From positions 188,500-199,697 of the forward strand of contig CP070698.1 in assembly GCA_020349685.1 (NCBI GenBank): a DNA stretch of 11,198 nt, written 5' to 3'. Below, in pieces: positions 6,972 to 11,198 of this stretch. Under the pieces are notes generated by a model. It ran no database searches, was not told where the DNA came from, and was given only the letters and a program-made list of their open reading frames with translations. This DNA comes from a bacterium (GTDB taxonomy: Bacteria > BMS3Abin14). Within the stretch, counting starts at the first letter, position 1. The number at the start of each line of letters is the position of its first letter. Made by a program: the position numbers and the translations under genes.

Positions 6972-8273
6972 ATGACCACCACCCTGTCCTTTATCATCGT
7001 CCTGGGTCTCCTTATCACGGCACACGAACTGGGGCACTTTCTAATGGCCAAGGCCCTCGGTATCGGTGTGGAACGGTTCTCCATCGGTTTTCCACCGAAG
7101 ATGATCGGGTTTACGAGAGGGGAGACCGAGTACTGCATCTCATGGATACCGCTGGGGGGTTACGTGAAGCTCAAGGGAGAAGGTCCCGATGAGGTCGTTG
7201 AGGATCCCGATGACCCGGCGCTCTTCTCGACCAGGCCGCCTCTGCAGCGGGCCGCGGTGATCCTGGCGGGACCCGTCATGAACCTGATCTTTGCCTTTGT
7301 CATCATGCCCGTTCATTTCATGGTGGGAACCTCGGTCCCTTCCTATTTTGACAAGCCTCCGGTAACGGGATGGGTCGAACCCGGGTCTCCGGCCGACGCG
7401 GCGGGGATCGTGCCGGGGGACCTGGTCCTGTCCGTGAACGGAGAGCCGGCAGGCACCTGGGAAAAACTCTTTGAAAAATTATCCCTGGCCGAAGGCGGCA
7501 GCCTCACCCTCGAGGTGCGGGGCCGCGCGGGCGACCGTTCTTTCGACCTGGATCTCTCCTCGGCCGAGGAGGGCCGTATCGGCATCCAGCCGCCCCTGGA
7601 ACCCGCCATAGGAGGCCTGACACCCGGGTATCCCGCTGAAAAGGCGGGAGTTCAAAAGGGAGACAAGGTCCTCTCCCTCGGTCAGGTCCCTGTATCCCAC
7701 TGGAGCGAGATGGCGCGGATCATCCACGCCAGCGCGGGTAAAACCATGACCTTGAAGGTCCTGAGGGGCGAGGAGGAGGTCAGCCTGACGGTGACGCCCG
7801 TCCTGGATGAGAAGACGGGCAGGGGCCTTATGGGGATCACCCCCCAGACCGAAACCGTGGTCCGCCGTTTTCCGGTGGGTGAGGCCATGGCCAAAGGTTT
7901 CGAGAGGAACGTGGAGCTTCTGGGATTGACCTTCTCCTTCATCCGGGATCTGGTCATGGGACGGTCCTCCATCTCGAACATGGGCGGGCCCATCATGATC
8001 TTTCAGGTGAGCGGCCAGGCTGCCAGGGCGGGCCTTGCCGAATTCCTCTGGTTCCTCTCGTTCCTGAGCCTGCAGCTGGGGGTCCTCAACCTCTTCCCCA
8101 TACCGGTGCTCGACGGCGGCCACCTGGTATTTCTCACCGCCGAGGGCATCCTGAGGAGACCTCTCGAGCTGCGCACCAGGGAGATCGCCCAGAGGGTGGG
8201 CTTTTTCCTCCTGATACTCCTCATCCTGGTGATCTCCTACAACGACATTTTAAGGCTCTTTGGGGGCAGATGA
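6972..8273 (+). CDS. rseP: RIP metalloprotease RseP (site-2 protease, M50) with two PDZ domains
   Basis: HELGH, IPLGGYVKL, AGPVMNL, two PDZ segments (SPADAAGIVPGD, YPAEKAGVQKGD), NLFPIPVLDGGH. Confidence 0.97.
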   Translation: MTTTLSFIIVLGLLITAHELGHFLMAKALGIGVERFSIGFPPKMIGFTRGETEYCISWIPLGGYVKLKGEGPDEVVEDPDDPALFSTRPPLQRAAVILAGPVMNLIFAFVIMPVHFMVGTSVPSYFDKPPVTGWVEPGSPADAAGIVPGDLVLSVNGEPAGTWEKLFEKLSLAEGGSLTLEVRGRAGDRSFDLDLSSAEEGRIGIQPPLEPAIGGLTPGYPAEKAGVQKGDKVLSLGQVPVSHWSEMARIIHASAGKTMTLKVLRGEEEVSLTVTPVLDEKTGRGLMGITPQTETVVRRFPVGEAMAKGFERNVELLGLTFSFIRDLVMGRSSISNMGGPIMIFQVSGQAARAGLAEFLWFLSFLSLQLGVLNLFPIPVLDGGHLVFLTAEGILRRPLELRTREIAQRVGFFLLILLILVISYNDILRLFGGR

Positions 8274-8276
8274 TCC

Positions 8277-9347
8277 GTGGCGGCTCCTTTTCCCATAGTC
8301 CGGAGGCCCACGAGGGCCGTCAGGATCGGGACGATAACTGTGGGGGGCGGCTCGCCCGTGTCGGTACAGTCCATGACCAACACACCCACTGCCGACCATG
8401 AGCGGACACTGGATCAGGTCAAGGCCCTCGCCGCGGCGGGGTGCGAGATCGTGCGGGTCTCCGTTCCGGACGAGGACGCTCTGCGCGGTTTCAAAACCCT
8501 GCGCGAGAACGTGCGGCTCCCCCTCGTGGCGGACATCCACTTTGACCACAGGCTCGCTGTCGGTTCCCTTGAGGCAGGGGCGGACGCGGTGCGCGTCAAC
8601 CCGGGCAACATCGGCGCTCCCTGGAAGGTAAAGGAGATCGTCAAGGCCGCACGAGACCGGGAAGCTTCCATCCGCATCGGTGTCAACGCCGGTTCCCTCG
8701 AAAAGGACGTTCTCAGAAGATACGGACATCCGACACCCCAGGCCCTGGTCGCGAGTGCCCTTCGCTCCGTCGAACTCGTGGAGGGAATGAACTTCTTTGC
8801 CATCAAGCTTTCCGTAAAGACTTCGGATCCGGTGGATAACGTCACAGCTTACCGCCTTCTTTCCGATGAGGTGGATTACCCCATTCATCTCGGTGTGACG
8901 GAGGCGGGGACGGCCCTGACTGGATCTGTCCGCACGGCTGCCGCCCTGTCCCTGCTGCTTGCCGAGGGCATAGGCGACACACTGAGAGTATCCCTTTCCG
9001 GAGACCCCGTTCCGGAGGTTCATGCCGGCCTTGAGCTGTTAAAATCCCTGGGCCTGAGGGTGGGACCGGGTGTCGTGGCCTGTCCGACCTGTGCGCGGGC
9101 CGAGTTTGACGTGGCCGAAACGGCAGCCAGGGTCGAAGAGAGAATCCGCGGTATAACGAAACCGCTGAAGATCGCCGTGATGGGATGTCCCGTCAACGGC
9201 CCCGGCGAAGCCCGGGAGGCAGACGTCGGGCTGGCAGGCGGGAAGGGGAGGGCGGTCCTGTTCGTGAAGGGGAAGGTGGTCAAGAAAGTGCAGGAGGAGG
9301 AGGCGGTCGAGGCGTTGATGGACGATGTGATGAAGTTGGTAAAATAG
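8277..9347 (+). CDS. ispG: (E)-4-hydroxy-3-methylbut-2-enyl-diphosphate synthase
   Basis: VQSMTNT, PLVADIHFD, RVNPGNIG, RIGVNAGSL, HLGVTEAG, GIGDTLRVSL; 4Fe-4S ligands in CPTCAR and MGCPVNGPGE. Confidence 0.99.
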   Translation: MAAPFPIVRRPTRAVRIGTITVGGGSPVSVQSMTNTPTADHERTLDQVKALAAAGCEIVRVSVPDEDALRGFKTLRENVRLPLVADIHFDHRLAVGSLEAGADAVRVNPGNIGAPWKVKEIVKAARDREASIRIGVNAGSLEKDVLRRYGHPTPQALVASALRSVELVEGMNFFAIKLSVKTSDPVDNVTAYRLLSDEVDYPIHLGVTEAGTALTGSVRTAAALSLLLAEGIGDTLRVSLSGDPVPEVHAGLELLKSLGLRVGPGVVACPTCARAEFDVAETAARVEERIRGITKPLKIAVMGCPVNGPGEAREADVGLAGGKGRAVLFVKGKVVKKVQEEEAVEALMDDVMKLVK

Positions 9348-9487
9348 GAGTCTGGAGCCAGAAGTCAGGTGTCAGAACTGGCCAAATAGATCTGGCAGGT
9401 TCCTGGGTGAACATTTGCTTCCGGGTTCCGGATTCTGTATTCTTCATGCGCTTGAACCAGACACCAGACACTAGAACTAGACACTGA
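9346..9487. repeat. Three heptamer tandem arms in the ispG-proS spacer
   Basis: AGGAGTC TGGAGCC AGAAGTC AGGTGTC AGAA (9346-9377); TTCCGGG TTCCGGA TTCTGTA TTCT (9419-9443); CCAGACA CCAGACA CTAGAA CTAGACA CTGA (9457-9487). Arms 2 and 3 are each partly complementary to arm 1. Confidence 0.8.
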
Positions 9488-9501
9488 TTTCAGGAGTTCC
9501 C

Positions 9502-11198
9502 ATGCGTTATTCAAAATACTTCCTCCCCACTCTCCGTGAAGTCCCTGCCGACGCTGAGGTCGTGAGCCACCAGCTCATGCTCCGGTCGGGCATGGTGCGT
9601 CGTATCGCCGCCGGGATCTACGATATCCTCCCCATGGGTCTGAGGGTGATCCGAAAGGTGGAGACGATCATCAGGGAGGAGATGGACCGGGCCGGGGCCC
9701 ACGAGCTTTTCATGCCCAGTATCCTGCCGGCAGAGCTCTGGAAGGAAACGGGGCGGTGGGACTTTTACGGCAAGGAGCTGCTGCGGGTCCGTGACCGCCA
9801 CGGAAGGGATTTCTGTTACGGACCCACCCACGAGGAGATCTTCACCGACCTGGTGCGGCGCGACATCCGGTCCTACAGGCAGCTGCCCCAGAACCTTTAC
9901 CAGATCCAGACCAAGTTCAGGGATGAAGTCAGGCCCCGTTTCGGACTCATGAGAGGGCGCGAGTTCTCCATGAAGGACGCCTACTCCTTCGACCGGGACA
10001 GGGCGGGGGCGGAAGAGAGTTACGAGGCCATGCGCCAGGCCTACACGGCCATTTTTAAGAGGTGCGGTCTCAAGTTCAGCGCGGTGGAAGCCGATACAGG
10101 CAAGATCGGCGGCAGTCTCTCCCATGAGTTCATGGTGCTGGCAGAAACCGGTGAAGACAGCGTCGTCAGCTGCGACGGTTGCGATTATGCCGCCAATGTG
10201 GAGATGGCCGAGGTGAGGGGAGAGGTGCCGGGTAATTTCGCGGACAGCGGACGCACACCCGAGGATGTGGATACTCCCGGCAAAAAGACGGTCGAGGAGG
10301 TCACGGCCTTTCTCGGCGTCTCTCCCCTCGAACTCGTTAAAACCATCATCATGAACGGCGACAAGGGCGCTTTGGGAGTCCTGGTGCGGGGGGACCACGA
10401 GGTGAACCCCGTCAAGGTCCGACGCATGGTGGACGATGAAACCCTCGAGCTTGCAGAACCCGAGGTGGTGGAAAAGGTCACGGGGGCTCCCGTGGGGTTC
10501 GCCGGCCCCATGGGACTCAAGGTTCCCCTTTACGCGGACAATGCCGTCTCCCGCATGTCCGGCTTTGTCACCGGCGGAAACGCCGTCGATGTGCACACGA
10601 CGGGTGTGGACCTTTCAGACTTTGCCATCAAGGCTTTCGGAGACCTGCGCGAGGCGGTACCGGGAGATCCCTGTCCGCGCTGCGGCGGGTCCCTGACCTT
10701 CCTGCGCGGCATCGAGGTGGGACACATTTTCTACCTGGGCTCCAAATACAGCGAGGCCATGAACGCCCACTACCTGGATGAGAGCGGTGTCGAACGGGTG
10801 ATCGAGATGGGCTGCTACGGCATCGGTGTGGGGCGGACAGCTGCCGCCGCCATAGAGCAGAACCACGACGAGAAGGGGATCATCTGGCCGGTGCCCATCG
10901 CTCCTTTCACGGTCGCCCTCCTCTCCCTGGACCCCGGCAAGGAGGAGGTGCACGCTGTCGCGGAGAAGATCTACGACGACCTTGTCCGGGCCGGTGTGGA
11001 GGTGCTTTTCGATGAAAGGGAGGAGCGCCCCGGAGTCAAGTTCAACGACGCGGACCTTCTGGGCATCCCCCTGCGCGTGACCGTGGGCGGACGCGGTGTC
11101 AAGGAAGGCGTTGCGGAGCTCAAGGAACGGGCCACGGGGAGTGAGCAAAAAATCCCCCTGGATCAGGTGTTAAAGGCAGTGGAGGGGTTTTTGGGGAG
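9502..11198 (+). CDS. proS: Proline--tRNA ligase, bacterial type with INS editing domain (3'-truncated by window)
   Basis: Translated by hand from ATG 9502 (RBS AGGAG 9492-9496): MRYSKYFLPTLREVPADAEVVSHQLMLRSG, GPTHEE, QIQTKFRDEVRPRFGLMRGREFSMKDAYSF, INS domain (VKT, RGDHEVN, GFAGP), GIEVGHIF, MGCYGIGVGR, PGVKFNDADLLGIP. No stop seen before the window end (565 codons). Confidence 0.99.
   Translation, partial: MRYSKYFLPTLREVPADAEVVSHQLMLRSGMVRRIAAGIYDILPMGLRVIRKVETIIREEMDRAGAHELFMPSILPAELWKETGRWDFYGKELLRVRDRHGRDFCYGPTHEEIFTDLVRRDIRSYRQLPQNLYQIQTKFRDEVRPRFGLMRGREFSMKDAYSFDRDRAGAEESYEAMRQAYTAIFKRCGLKFSAVEADTGKIGGSLSHEFMVLAETGEDSVVSCDGCDYAANVEMAEVRGEVPGNFADSGRTPEDVDTPGKKTVEEVTAFLGVSPLELVKTIIMNGDKGALGVLVRGDHEVNPVKVRRMVDDETLELAEPEVVEKVTGAPVGFAGPMGLKVPLYADNAVSRMSGFVTGGNAVDVHTTGVDLSDFAIKAFGDLREAVPGDPCPRCGGSLTFLRGIEVGHIFYLGSKYSEAMNAHYLDESGVERVIEMGCYGIGVGRTAAAAIEQNHDEKGIIWPVPIAPFTVALLSLDPGKEEVHAVAEKIYDDLVRAGVEVLFDEREERPGVKFNDADLLGIPLRVTVGGRGVKEGVAELKERATGSEQKIPLDQVLKAVEGFLG

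Noticed and set aside
9511-11148. Long minus-strand ORFs (9511-10596, 10615-11148) and similar antisense ORFs across the operon
   Set aside because: These are shadow ORFs opposite well-conserved genes, expected from GC-rich codon usage.

Overview
GC-rich bacterial core-genome segment, all real genes on the + strand. It opens with the 3' end of a CoA-substrate-specific enzyme activase / 2-hydroxyacyl-CoA dehydratase-related gene. A ~700-bp repeat-rich spacer follows, ending in a t44/S2-type leader RNA. Then comes the conserved cluster rpsB-tsf-pyrH-frr-uppS-cdsA-dxr-rseP-ispG-proS. proS (9502 to window end) is missing from the ORF track because it has no stop codon in the window. The gene order (rseP followed by ispG-proS, no bamA) and the short EF-Ts fit a Desulfobacterota/delta-proteobacteria-like or similar anaerobe; this taxonomy is inference. 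The proteins are ordinary housekeeping genes, and I see no new protein-coding system. The unusual signal is non-coding: four of the five large intergenic gaps carry short degenerate repeat elements. These are inverted arms of 7-nt tandem units (tsf-pyrH, ispG-proS), possibly nested inverted arms of 9-10-nt units (413-876), and REP-like palindromes (539-582, 6856-6899). They look like a cargo-free family of structured intergenic elements.
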